A stretch of 64,000 nt of DNA from Nymphaea colorata (GCF_008831285.2 NC_045138.2:12958001-13022000), one strand, 5' to 3'. Shown: positions 23,554-36,595, counted from the first letter of the stretch. Translations and numbers: made by a program. The notes: a model not told the origin generated them from the sequence alone.

Positions 23554-26500
23554 TCAATGCAAGAACAAGTGTGGATATCTCTTCCGCATGTCCTCCTCAG
23601 GTTCCCATGTACTCTCCTTCAACCCATGGTACTGTCATTCCACTTTCACCAACGGAATTCTCTTAGTGCGAAGCACTTGCTCTCGATGATCCACAATTCT
23701 AATGGGCTGTTCTTCCATTGTCAAATCATCTTGTACTAGAATACCTTGAAAATCAATCACATGTGTCGGATCTGGTACGTATTTTCGAAGCATAAAAACA
23801 TGGAAGACGTCATGAACGTGACTCAAATCTGGTGGTAACGCCAATCTGTATGCCACCTCTTCAATCTTCTCTAATATCTCAAAAGGTCCTACGAACCTCG
23901 GGCTCAATTTTCCCTTCGCACCAAAGCGAAAAACACCTTTAGTAGGAGAAATCTTTAAAAACACATGATCACCCTCCTCAAAAGCCAATTCTCTACGACG
24001 AATGTCAGCATAACTTTTCTGTCTGCTCTGAGCAGTCAACAACTTTTTCCTTATCAATAGCACTTGGTCGGTGTAGTGTTGCAATACTAAAGGGTTTTCG
24101 ATCTTACCATCACCCAATTCGGTCCAACAAGCTGGCGATCTGGAAGGTCTTCCATACAAAGCCTCAAAAGGTGCTATCCCAATACTAGAGTGGTAACTGT
24201 TATTATATGCAAATTCTGCCAATTTCACATGTTTGTCCCATTCTCCTTTCCATTCTAAGACACATGCGTGCAACATGTCCTCTAAAGTCTGAATGGTCCT
24301 CTCAGACTGCCAATCAGTTTGGGGGTGGAACGCTGTGCTCAACTTAAGCTTGGTACCCAAAGCCTTCTATAATTGCCCCCAAAACCTAGAAGTAAAACGT
24401 GGATCTCGATCCGAAATGATAGACTTTGGCACTCTATGCAATCTTACTATCTCGCCAATATATAACTCTGCAAGACTTTCCAAAGACTGACTAATTCTGA
24501 TTGGCAGAAATTCGGCGGACTTCGTAAGTCGATCAACAATCACCCATATGGCATTCTATTGTCTTTTGGTACGAGGCAACCCAACCACAAAATCCATCAT
24601 AATGTCTTCCCATTTCCACACTGGAATATCGATTCTTTGCAACAAGCCTCCTGGCCGCTGATGTTCTGCTTTTACCTGTTGGCAAACTAAGTACTTTGCC
24701 ACATATTCTGCAATTTCACGCTTCATTCCAGGCCACCAAAAATTTCTCTTCATATCCTAAAACATCTTTGTACTGCCAGGGTGAATAAAAAACTTAGATT
24801 TGTGAGCTTCATCAAGCAACAAACGCTTCACCCCTTCATATCTAGGAACCCATAATCTCTGCCGAAACCGCAATGAACCATCTTCATCTTGATGCCAAAG
24901 AGAATCGGTCTTCTGACTTGCTTCCATGTTCTTAGCAAACTCTGGATCTTCCTTTTGCTTCATTACAAGTTCTTCCATCAAAGGATGTCGTATCAAGGCT
25001 GTCATCGTTGCCTTGTTCTCATCACAAATGTAAGGCTGCCAAGCTATCACATCTTGCAATAATGTCCAAGAACGAGTCAACATACTACACATTGTCGCCT
25101 TGGCATGCCTGCTCAATGCATCTGCCACCACATTCGCCTTGCCTGGATGATACGATATGGTGAAATCATAATCCTTTAAATATTCGATCCATCTTCTTTG
25201 CCTCAAGTTGAGATCCCTTTGCGAGGATATATACTTTAAGGACTTGTGATCTGTAAACACCTCGAATGTTGCACCATAAAGATAGTGTCTCCACATCTTC
25301 CATGCGAACACAACTGCTCCCAACTCCAAATCATGAGTGGGATAGTGTTGCTCATGGGCCTTCAACTGCCTTGATGCATAAGCCACTACACGGCCATGCT
25401 GCATCAACACACAACCATATCCGATCCCCGAAGCATCAGTGTACACCACAAAACTGGAATGACCTGATGGAAGCATCAGAATGGGGGCAGAAGTAAGCTT
25501 GTCCTTCAGAGTTTGAAAACTCTTCTCACACTCTTCATTCCAAACAAACTTCACTCATTTTCTCAGCAGCTTAGTCATTGGTGTAGCTATTTTCGAAAAG
25601 TCTTGTATGAACCTGCGATAGTATCCTGTCAATCCCAAAAAGCTATTAACCTCAGTTACACTGCAAGGTGTCCTCCAGTCATGAATAGCTGACACCTTAG
25701 CCGGATCGACGGATACTCCATCCTTCGAGATCACATGACCCAGAAAGTTTACATTCTCTAGCCAAAATTCACATTTTGAGTATTTGGCGTAAAGCTTATG
25801 CTTGCGCAAAAGACCCAACACACTTCTCAAGTGGTCTTTGTGCTTTGCCTCACTCTCTGAGTACACTAAAATATCATCAACAAACACAATAACAAAACGA
25901 TCCAAGAACTCTTGGAAAACCCGATTCATGAGGTCCATGAACGCTGCGAGAGCATTAGTCAACCCAAAAGGCATGACCCTGAATTCATAATGCACATACC
26001 TGGTTCGAAAAGCAGTCTTAGAAACATCTTCCTCCCGTATCAAGAATTGATGGTAGCCTATCCTCAGATCGATCTTAGAGTAAACCTTTGCATTCTTAAG
26101 CTGATCAAACAAGTCTTCAATTCTTGGAAGCGGATACTTATTCTTGATGGTGACTTGATTCAACATACGATAATCTATGCACAAGCGCATAGTCCCATCT
26201 TTCTTTTTCACAAACAATACAAGTGCTCCCCAAGGAGACACACTAGGTCGGATGAAGCTCTTATCTAAGAGCTCCTGCAGTTGCTTCTTCAACTCTTCTA
26301 ACTCTGCTGGTGCCATACGGTAGGGTGCCTTAGAAATAGGAGTTGTCCCTGGTAACAACTCTATCTTGAACTCCACTTCTCGAGTTGGAGGCAAACTCGA
26401 CAATTCCTCAGGAAACACATCAGGATACTCACTCACCATGGCAACATCCTACAATATCATCCGTTCAGCCTCATTGATCAACACATTGACCAAGAAGGCA

Positions 26501-28163
26501 ACGCTTCCACTTTCTATCCATCGCTTAGCCTTCAATGCAGACACCAATATCTTATCAGTTCGACTGGCCCTACGAGCATGAAATTCCACAGACTGCATCT
26601 CATTAGTCAACATCTATATTTGCTTCTTCCTGCAATTTATAATGGCATAATGCGCATACAACCAATCCATACCCAAAATCACATCAAACTCACTGAGACC
26701 TAGGATCACCAACTGTGCGGGTAGTTGAAGTTGATGGATTTCCACGTCCACATCAGGAAGATACTCACGACACAACTCTTGAGCATGCATCGGGCTAACA
26801 ACTTTTAAAACATACGGCATTTTTCTAGCCGACACTTCTAGTGAGGTAGCAAATCGACTAGATATAAAAGAATGTGTCGTTCCTGCATCAAATAACACTC
26901 TAGCAATATGAGAACTGACAAGTAAAGTACATTCAACGAGGTCGTGTACCTGGAGCTCCTCCACATTAGTAGCGTAGACACGTCCAGACGTCTGTCGTGC
27001 ACTAGAAGAACCGGCTTCAGGCTTCTTCAATTCTCTTTCTTTCTTCAACGGGCAATCCTTGATAAAGTGTCACATACCTCCGCAGTGTAAACAAGCCCCA
27101 GTCACCCGATAGCACGGCTTCCCGGGGTGCACACGAGAACAAGTGGGGCACTTCTGAGAAGTCGGAGTGGCCACTGACCCCTGTGTGGCCTCACTACGGG
27201 TAGGCTGGTTCCGTCTGAAAGTTCGGTCATCCCGCCTCTCATAAGGCCGTGTCCTGCCCGCAAAGTGTTGGCGCTTTACCTGTGTCCGTTCACCTTGTGA
27301 ATGCTGGCCTGCTTTCTTCTGATGATCCTTCTGTGTCCTTACCCAATCTTCTTCTATGCATCGTGCCATTGTAACCGCCTCATCCAAGTCACGAGGTCTA
27401 CTTGTCAACACTTTACTTCGTAGTCCATCTCGCAGCCCACGCACAACTTGCCCGCTCTGGCCTCATCTGTAGTGTAAAGGTGTGGGCAATACACCTCTAA
27501 GTGCCAATATCTCGTAATGTACTCTTCTAAGCTCGACCGATTCTGATGCAAATCTAGAAATTCTTGCATTTTCTTGTCTCTGGCATACACTGGAAAGTAT
27601 GTGCTAAAGAAGGAATCTCTAAACTGCTTCCATGAGATTGACCATTGGCCAGCGAACCGAATCTCACTAGTAGATTGCCACCAATTCTTGGCATCACCCT
27701 TCAACAAATAGGAGCCATAGTTCACTCTATCTTCTTTAGGCACCTTCAGAAGCCCAAAAATACGTTCAACCTCTTCAATCAAGTCCTTTGCCTTGTCATG
27801 ACTGCCCCCTCCTGAAAAGATAGGCGGCTGCATCGCCATAAACTGCTGATAAGACACTGCCGTTGCCTTCTCCCGAACTGAAGCACTGGTGTCCCCCGAA
27901 AGAGATGCATTACTCCTCTGATTACCGACCATTGACTGCATTAACGTGGTCAGCGTCTGCAACGTGGTCAGCAATATAGTCTACTGATCCACTGGCGGAG
28001 TCTGTCTCGGTGGGGTTTGGGCACCCCCACCTAGCTGGGCATACTGGAGCTCTGACGCACTGTCACCCCGCGGAGTATGCGCATCAGAATGGGTTGGGCT
28101 GGGCTCTCTATGTGCCTTTGAAGACGGCCCAGTTCGCTTCTTACCCCTACGATGATATTCCAT
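23554..28163 (-). pseudogene. gypsy gag-pol (gag, protease, RT, RNase H, integrase, chromodomain), multiple stops and a frameshift
   Basis: Retrotrans_gag (LKGDAKNWW), zinc knuckle CLHCGGM*HFIKDCP, protease [28 protein letters not shown], RNase [11 protein letters not shown], integrase HPQTDWQSER and GPF motif, and a C-terminal chromodomain-like E*QYHGLKESTWEPEEDMRKRYPHLF. Confidence 0.93.
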
Positions 28164-28382
28164 CTGTACAAACAAGATCCTTAATTCTCAAATCACGACT
28201 AATACCAAATTCACAAGTCAAATCACAACGTGCATTAGCACGAAGTTCAAAACATAGATCACATTACATACTTATACTTGAAAAATCAAAACTACAATAA
28301 CCAACTAATCAAACAAATGCGTACCTGGGCAACACGGCTTCACAGATAAGCTTTAACTCACATCCATAATGAGGTTTGTGAT

Positions 28383-28395
28383 GGCTCTGATACCA
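28383..28395 (-). promoter_or_regulatory. Primer-binding site (tRNA-iMet) of the gypsy element
   Basis: TGGTATCAGAGCC on the minus strand, 4 nt from the LTR end at 28400. Confidence 0.92.
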
Positions 28396-28399
28396 AAAC

Positions 28400-30288
28400 T
28401 GTCACACCCCGACCTTTTAACTGTCAAACCTTTTTTTTTTCTAAACATAAAGCATCGAGGTGTGACTACCCAACAATTCAAAAAGACGATGAGCCAAGCA
28501 ATTCTAAACAATGGGACGAACTTTCATTTATATAACCATTTGTTTCATACAAATTCACATCTATGTGCATGACCAAAATGCCCCAAAATCATAACATTGA
28601 TGCCTAACAAAAAGAAGACATCAATAAAACTAAAACATGAAGCGCCGGCACTACAAACGACAATCCCAAAACCTCCCCAGTAGGACGTGAGTGAAGCCAT
28701 CTGCTCAACCTGTTGCCTCGGGTCTGCCAAAACCTGAAAAAGAAAACAACTGAAGGTTCAGCCTTCGCAGTATGGCAACAAGCCAAGAAAATGCCAAACC
28801 CTCTCAAGTAAGGCTCAAATAAAAAGAACAAATATCAACCCATATACCGTCATGTCGTGTCAGAGTACGACACGTAAAAGCCACTTGATGGCCACACTAA
28901 TACAACATCAGTCACATGCGAAACATGCTTAAACATAACACTTGCATTCATATCAATCACATATACGTCAGTCACATGCATTCTATCAAACACATACATT
29001 TTCATTAACAGTTCCTGTGGGTGCAACACAGCACTGCACACCGTGGGCGGCCTACAGCTGAGAGACAACCCCCATGGTGGCCCATAACAGTATGGATCCA
29101 TTTCACCCACTGCAGCAGTAAGCACTCATCCTGGATGTGTGAAGTCCAAGGTGAGATACTCAGCCTTCCTAGGACACCCAGGTTGGAAGGCGGAAGCCCA
29201 ACGCTCCAAGCACAACACACAACAAACCCTGGGGCCTTGCACCGCCTGCGCTCTGAAGGCGAGACCAGTGGCGAGAACGGGACGTCTCCCAAACACACAA
29301 CCACATCCCACCGGCCTCTCATCTCTTATCCTTTCATTTTCTTTTATCATTATCATTACTCATTCACAAGATGACTCGCTAGCACATGAGGTAATACACC
29401 CTACGAGTGCACTTACACCTCCCAATGCCTCCACACGAGTCTATACATACAGTAACAGTCATGCTAGCCGTCATACAGTACGGTACAACTACCCTCTATT
29501 TCATCCATTTGCATCGTTGCCCATGGCAAGCATATGCAACAACGTACACATTCATATCAATCATCACATCAATCCTCACATCAATCACGTCAATCACCTC
29601 TTTGAAAAACTTAGTCAATCCACATAGAGTAGTCTCGATCTGCGGTTGGCTCGTAGCTGTCCTATGCAGTTATCATTCTATGATGCTCTAATGCACAATT
29701 GGGGTCGAGGAGACACTCGACTCGATACCCCGCCTCATCTGTCCTAAACAGATATCAATTCTACCATGCACATGCCAATGCGTAATATTTTAAAACAAAT
29801 GACTAATAGCCTTTCTAACCCATTCATATCATATAAGCAACATACATATACTCATTCACAAAGCAGTCAATCAATTAACATCACAATCCTAGGACCCTGC
29901 CTAGGAGCACACAATCACACATTTGCCCCAGGCAGGGATTTGCCTGGAATGTCGCCATACTTGGGCGCGCTCACAAAACTCTTCAAAACTCCTGGAGCTT
30001 CGAACTCAAGGTCGACGGACGTGCCCGGGGTACCTCAAACATAAACAAATGATAAGATTCCACTAGATACCTAAACAATTCAAACAAATACAAAACAAAA
30101 TCCTTGAGGCACGTGTCATCGCCTCAAGAGGGTATCGACGGGTAGTGTCGACATACAAGCCCTCTAATAGGCCACTTCCCAACTTCTAGCTGTGCCAACA
30201 AAAGTCAAAACTCAAAGCCATTAATCCGTCTATCACAAACGCCTTTCTCCAAACTTTGTTTTTCTTAATCAAGGCGTCAACCCCAAAG
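28400..30288 (-). repeat. 5' LTR of the gypsy element (partial, ~1.1 kb missing at the gap)
   Basis: Near-identical to 20480-~22403; it stops at the N run. Confidence 0.92.
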
Positions 30289-30388
30289 NNNNNNNNNNNN
30301 NNNNNNNNNNNNNNNNNNNNNNNNNNNNNNNNNNNNNNNNNNNNNNNNNNNNNNNNNNNNNNNNNNNNNNNNNNNNNNNNNNNNNNNN
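30289..30388. other. Assembly gap (100 N; true size unknown)
   Basis: Exactly 100 N. The LTR does not resume after it. Confidence 0.99.
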
Positions 30389-30563
30389 TATCATTCTTTA
30401 GGTAAACAGTGGCTCGCCTATTAATATTGTCTTATCTTCAGTGTTCTCCCAAATTTAAAATTCAAATGTATAGTAACGCTCGTTGTATCCTGTTTTGTTG
30501 ATGTATCAAACTCATAAACTGATTTTGTAATCAACCATTCTCTCATAAGTCTCCTTTTGCTAG

Positions 30564-30860
30564 GTTGAATTTCCTATTCAGGATGCTGTTAAATTATACT
30601 CAGAGAAACTAAAATTGATCAGCCTAGGTGAATCTCTCATTTTTTGGCTTTATTTTCAAATTTTGTGTTTGTTGGTAGCATGTCAGTTTGGCCAGGTGAC
30701 TTGTATGCTTGCTCTGCCGAAGGCATGCTTGAGTTTAGCTCTTCAAACTCCGGTGAAGTTTTATTGCTTTCAATAATTAAAGGAAAAGGGAAATGCCAAT
30801 ATTTCTAATGCGAAGTCGTGCAACCCTGGCTGTCGTGAAGTCCAGATGAAGAGCATGGTG
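30564..30860 (+). pseudogene. TIC110: Second, more deleted copy of the TIC110-like fragment
   Basis: Exon 30564-30627 (VEFPIQDAVKLYSEKLKLISL) plus the remnant ctggctgtcgtgaagtccagatgaaga near 30826-30852. Confidence 0.7.
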
Positions 30861-32502
30861 ATCCAGACGTCAATAACAATACCTAGAGCTATGGATTGTT
30901 TTTAGTTAGGGGAATATGTATTGTTCACATTTTTTGAATGCCAAATGCCCTTTGATTTATTGGTTATATTTTGGTCATATTTAAGGATATGCTCACATTT
31001 GTTGTTAAAAGGGCTCTGGAACAAGTTTTAACGAAAATCGAAGCCTGGATCTTCCTAGGAGCAGTGACGAAACCCTTTACAGTGCACACCTATAAAATCT
31101 GCTTGTGCAAGAAACGACATCCATGGAGCTTCAAATGTGGTGTTATGCTGGATAGCCAAGGCCCACTCCCGTTTCCACTGTAACAACCGCCGTTGCTGGG
31201 CTTTGCTAAGTGATACACCTAAAAACAGGCCAAAAGCAAACAACAAATTAAGTTAAATAATTGATCTGCTTATGAAATTAAAATTACATACTTCAATGTC
31301 TAAAGCTTTGAGGGCAAAAAGAAAGAGGAAGAAACGTAAGAGCCTGAGGTTACTGCTGTTGCAGTTGTTTCTTGTGTAGAAAGGGAAAAAAAATCAGCCT
31401 ATATGTGGCGGTGGATGGGCATGATAAAAAACATTGCATTTGCTATCCTTCATCGCCAACGAATTCCTATATTCATCGATAGCCCCTCCATGTGAGTGTC
31501 ATTGAACTCTAGTTACTTTTCTTGTGAATATCTTGTGGATAATAAAATTAAATATTTGAATCAGTATATTTCCAGTTCACACACAACCACACGTGCAGTC
31601 ATGCACGTTGCTCTAATTATCTTCTCCAATGCTTCTTTCCAAGACTTCAAATGAGGAGAGGTTTCAGGATACCAGGTTTTTTGCATGCTTTCTACTTCTT
31701 GATGAACTTAAAAAATTGCTTTTTGCATGGAGTTGAGGAGGTCTTATCATTTATTAGTTGATCATTGACCAGCCATCCTGAAGTCAGCCGATCCCCTCCT
31801 GGGATTGCACCTTTTTCAGGTAAATATTCTATCCAAAACAGATATATATTGGATAATACTCACTTGTGTGGTTTCCACTTCTGAGTTCAGTTATTATAGG
31901 ACTTAATGGACATGTATGTGCTTGCCTTGTAACTATTGTCTTTTTGCTGCTTGGGACTAATAATGCTCATCTTACTGTACTTCCCACTCGTTCTTTTTCA
32001 TTTAATTTGAATGAAAAGCATGGTAATGCTATAAATCAATTATTTGATGCTACATAAGAGTCTGTACGTAAACACATCATATGTAGTAAACTAATTATTA
32101 GGTATTTGATGCCAAATAAAAGCAAAAACCTTCAACACTTCAAGACAGAAAACAAAAAGCAACAACTGAATCAAATAAGCCCCCGATGCAAACTGCTGGG
32201 AGAGTCAGCAACAAAAAATGAAAAGCAAAGAAAAAAAAAAGATTAGAAGAACAAAGCAAAAGAGGAGGAGGGACAACATAGGGTATAACGCAGGTTGCAA
32301 GTGGATTCGCTACAATCCAATATTGTTGTCACGCCATAGAATAGGAGGTGTGGATGACAAAACCCCATGATCTTTGAGATGTGATTCCAACAGTTGTTGC
32401 ACAGTCTTCGTCTTCTTGTTTCTTCTCTCTCCAAAATAAGCGAATAAAGGGGAAGAAGAAAAAGAAGAGGAGGAGGAAATATACTCCCCCTCACGTAAAA
32501 CC

Positions 32503-33627
32503 AATTAGTAATGCTTTCTATGGTGATACTTGTGCTTTCTTAATGCACCAAATGGTCCTCACTGCTGGTGTTAATAATTTTAATTTGTTGCTTGTGGTTT
32601 TAAATTTAAGGCACATTTGCAACATGGAAATCTTGTGTCCAATGCTTTCATATCTGCATGTGTATCGCCTATTAATATTGTCTTATCTTCCGGTGTTCTC
32701 CGAAATTTAAAATTCAAATGTATTAGTAATGCTCTTTGTATCTGGTTTCGGTGATGTATCAACTATCAAGTATCAACTCAGAAACTGATTTTGTAATCAC
32801 ATTCCTCTCATAAGTCTCCTTTTGCTAGGTTGAATTTCTTATTCGGGATGCTGTTAAATTATACTCAGAGAATCTAAAATTGATCAGCCTAGGTGAATCT
32901 CTCATTCTTTTGGCTTTATTTTCAAATTTTGTGTTCTTAGGTAGCATGCTCTGAATACATAGTAGTGTTCAGGCTTGGCCATGTGACTTATATGCTTGCT
33001 CTGCCCAAGGCATGCTTGAATTTAGCTCATCAAACTCCGGTGAAGTTTTCTTGCTTTCAATAATTAAAGGAAAAGGAAAATATGCCAATATTTCTAATCT
33101 AGCATGTCTCGTCTAGATTTTGGCTAGTGTCTTAATTATCTAAATGCCCCTCATATTCTATCTCAGGGTGATGTACTTTGAATCTGTCCATGTAATTTTT
33201 TAACTCATCTGATCAACTGATGCCAATGAGAACCAGCTTATTGAATTGCGAAGAACAGAGATCCAGTGTTAACTTCTTGATAAGGTTAATTTCTTCTCCA
33301 GTTTCTTTGCAGATATAAATAATTATGTTTCTTGCCATTCTTAATCTCGTTGATTTTTTTTCTTATTAAAGTAACCTGTTTCTTTCTGTTCTATTTTAAA
33401 TTCTTCATTCATTTTCTTTCCCCCACCTGTGTCATTCTTAATCTCGTTGATTTTTTTTCTTATTAAAGTGACCTGTTTCTTTCTGGTCTATTTTAAATTC
33501 TTCATTCATTTTCTTTCCCCCTCCTGTAGCAGGTTGCTGCTGATTTGCTTCGGGAGCACATCAGGAAACTTATTGAAGAAAAAGGTGCAGCTGCGCTGGC
33601 TGTGGTGAAGTCCAGATGAAGAAGCAA
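32503..33627 (+). pseudogene. TIC110: TIC110-like (chloroplast inner-envelope translocon) internal gene fragment with introns
   Basis: Collinear exon relics: ISNAFYGDTCAFLM (~32503-32547), VEFLIRDAVKLYSENLKLISL (32829-32892, AG/GT), DANENQLIELRRTEIQC*LLDK (33220-33284, acceptor reads CTG instead of CAG) and VAADLLREHIRKLIEEKGAAALAVVKSR* (33533-33627). These resemble my recollection of TIC110 'VSxLVFGDASxFLL / VEIAIRDNA..LY...LK.VGR / D.....LV.LR..Q....LSDE / LAEDLFREHTRKLVEENISSALSILKSR'. Confidence 0.75.
33336..33527 (+). repeat. ~97-bp tandem duplication (intron 3' region)
   Basis: cattcttaatctcgttgattttttt...ttctttccccc.cctgt occurs twice. Confidence 0.9.
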
Positions 33628-33879
33628 GTAGGTTCATTGTGCTTGCTGCATGTAACTTAGTTCCTTAGTATATGAAGCCACCCTTTATTATTCCACATGG
33701 CATATGTGCTGATGTGCATAACTGCATATGTGAATCTGATAGCTGTTCCAGCTTGTATGGATGAGTACATGCCGAGATTATTGTTTATTGCATAGTGTTC
33801 ATGCTTATTATATAAATCTTTTTCTGCTTTCAAAAATAATAGGAAGGATGTCCAAAACTTTGCATCTCTTAAGAAGAAA

Positions 33880-33972
33880 GAAGATGGCAGCAGTTGATAG
33901 CTAGGCATAATTCATGTGTCTTTATGATGAAGATGGCAGCAGTTGATAGCTAGACATAATTCATGTGTCTTT
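33880..33972 (+). repeat. 49-bp tandem duplication
   Basis: gaagatggcagcagttgatagctag[g/a]cataattcatgtgtcttt occurs twice. Confidence 0.9.
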
Positions 33973-35119
33973 CTGATGCAGGTCTGAAGTATTTCCGATA
34001 TTAACAAGTTTATCATGTCCTTTTAAAGTGGCAAATTTTAAAACGGCATGGTGGTCCCGACCTCAATTACAATACCTAGAGCTATGGATTGTTTTTAGTT
34101 AAGGACATATGTATTGGTCATATTTTTTGAATACCAGATGCCATTTGATTTATTGGTTATATTTTGGTCACATTTAAAGATATTCTCACATTTGTTGTTA
34201 AAAGGGATCGTCTTTCTTTCTGGCACAAGTTTGAATGAAAATCGAAGCCTGGATCTTTCTAGGAGCAGTGACAAAACCCTTTACAGTGCACACCTATAAA
34301 ATCTGCTTGTGCAAGAAACGACATCCATGGAGTTTCGCTGGATAGCCAAGGCCCACTCCCGTTTCCACTGTGACAACCGCCTTGGGTATAAATGTTGCTA
34401 AGTGATACACCTAAAAACAGGCCAAAAGCGAACAACAAATTAAGTTAAATAATTGATCTGCTTATGAAATTCCAGTTCACACACAACCACACACACGTGC
34501 AGTCATGCACATTGCTCTAATTACCTTCTCCCATGCTTCTTTCCAAGACTTCAAATGAGAAGAGAGGTTTCAGGATACCAGGTTTTTTGCATGCTTTCTG
34601 CTTCTTAATGATCCTAAAAAAATTGCTTTTTGCAGGGAGTTGAGCGTTATTGATCATCTTGAGGAGGTCTTATGATTTGTTAGTTTATCATTGACCAGCC
34701 ATACTGAAGTCAGCCGATTCCCTTTGGGATTGCACCTTTTAGGTAAATATTCTATCCAAAACACATATATATTTGATATGGGTGTTTACATGTGTGTGTG
34801 TGTGTGTGTTTGTGTTTGTGCCTTGATCATTGTGCAAAGCTGCAAAAAATCTTAAAAGTAATAATTATTGGTTAAAATAGTTTCACGTGAAAATCATGCA
34901 AAGGAAAGGTTTAAATAATTTTCTTGAAGTTTAATTCTCGTTTCATTTATAAAATGATGAAAAAGGACACATGAGAATTTTCAACCAGAACAAGCTTAAA
35001 GAATACACATTATGAGGGTCAAGCTTAAGGCATTTTAAACTGGAAGGTTGATATCTAGAGAAATTTGGAGACACTTTTAGTTTCGTATTTTCTTTTTTGT
35101 CATTGTCTTCTCACTATGC

Positions 35120-35295
35120 AAAGATGAACCGGGTTATGGGGGCATCTTCGCTTCAAGAACCGAGTTGTGAGAGGCGTATCGGTTTCAGGTTGTCATGGGT
35201 GGAGGAGGTAGTGGTTTCAAGAACCGGGTTGTTGGGAACGTCTCGTTTCGGTTTTAAGAACCGAGTTGTGGAGGTGTCTCCGTTTCAAACGGAGG
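35120..35295. repeat. Degenerate short repeat cluster (GAACCG[G/A]GTT motif x4), possible DNA-transposon subterminal region
   Basis: The motif aagaaccg[g/a]gttg recurs about every 33-65 bp in a GC-richer island. Confidence 0.5.
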
Positions 35296-36332
35296 GTGCC
35301 ACGATTATTCTTTAATTACTCTAAATTAAGTATGTAAAAAGAAGAGGCCGGTATGCATTTATTTATCTTTAATGCTTTAACATTGCTCTATGTTGGACCA
35401 TATGAGCCAATATTGTATCTTGCAGGTTTTTGCCAATAAGATGCGGGGCCAGTATGCATTTATTTATTTTTTCATTTTTAAATTAATTTAAACTATTTTA
35501 AAGTATTTCTTGACATTGAAAACTTTTAAAAACCACAATCCAATGGTTGTTGAATATTGATGCAATGCACTCAGCACATTACATGTACGTACAGTTTATA
35601 CGGTCCCATGTTGAATTTTAACCTCAAGTTATTCTACTTTAAATTAGTAATTATAGGGTTTCGTTTATGTTTGAGAAGTAACTCATGCATTTTATTTGTT
35701 CTTTAGTTATAATTTGATAGCCGTATTTTTTTTATTGAAATTTCAATTTTATTATTATGTTTCACAACTCATAATGCAATTATTGGTTCCTTTTTGGACT
35801 CTTTAATGCGTCTAGTCCTAGTTGTGGGACTACACATGGCGTAGCCTAAAGAAGAGAGAGTTATTTGTTCCATCTAATTCCTAATTGTAAGCCACTGGGG
35901 TTTAAAATGTTAGAGGGATATAAGAGGAATGTTTATAGCCCACAATGGATGACCAGAGTAGCCTCTCAAGATGAAATGTAGAAGACATCTGTTTTTTTGG
36001 GTCTGGTATTCTTGTATATTCAAACTGTGATGATGGCATTGTTGGCGCTTCACAAAGCTACCGACCAGGGGTTTAAAAGCACTTGTTTCGTCAAAGTAAG
36101 TTCAATAAATTCATTAACCTCTATGATTTTTAAGCTACATTTACTAACATTTAATAACTTTCAATAAATTCAAACTTCACCGATTTTATCTAATTCTACC
36201 ATGCGGCTGAGAAAAGAAGTATACAAAAACAATATGAAAATGGAAAAATGAAAAAAAAAGATACAGACGTTAATTGGGAGACAGAGGTAGGTAGGCACTT
36301 GAGGTGCACATCTCGGCCGTTGAGGTGTGCGT

Positions 36333-36595
36333 CACTAGAACTAGTACATACGTGTGGATGTGCGAAAGGTTAACGGAACGTATAGCGGTGGCAAGGATCA
36401 CCGTTATAGATTTATAGCGGTGAAACGTTATGGCGGTGGCTAGAATCACCGGTATAATAGGCTTTTAGCGGCGCCACCTAGCCCCGCTATAAGTTTTATA
36501 GGCGGCGAAACGAGTCACCGTTATAGCTCTACAGCGGTACTATTTACCATCGGTATAGTCTTATACCGGTTGTTTTGATCCCCGGTATACGTTAT
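36333..36595 (+). mobile_element. CACTA-like transposon terminus with subterminal repeats
   Basis: CACTAG at 36333 is followed by ~10 copies of TATAGCGGYG / CACCGYTATA in both orientations, the usual En/Spm subterminal arrangement. The partner end was not found. Confidence 0.55.

Larger units (their letters stand above)
20480..30288 (-). mobile_element. Ty3/gypsy chromovirus (Tekay/Del-like) LTR retrotransposon, 5' LTR truncated by the assembly gap
   Basis: Two long direct repeats (20480-23505 and 28400-30288), PBS, PPT, and the gag-PR-RT-RH-INT-chromodomain order on the minus strand. Confidence 0.96.
30414..34778 (+). repeat. Diverged direct duplication: copy 1 at 30414-31856, copy 2 at 32665-34778, with reciprocal deletions
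   Basis: Both copies start tcgcctattaatattgtcttatcttc and end ggtaaatattctatccaaaaca.atatatatt. Copy 1 lacks ~33100-33590 and ~33625-34045; copy 2 lacks ~31278-31570. Confidence 0.9.
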
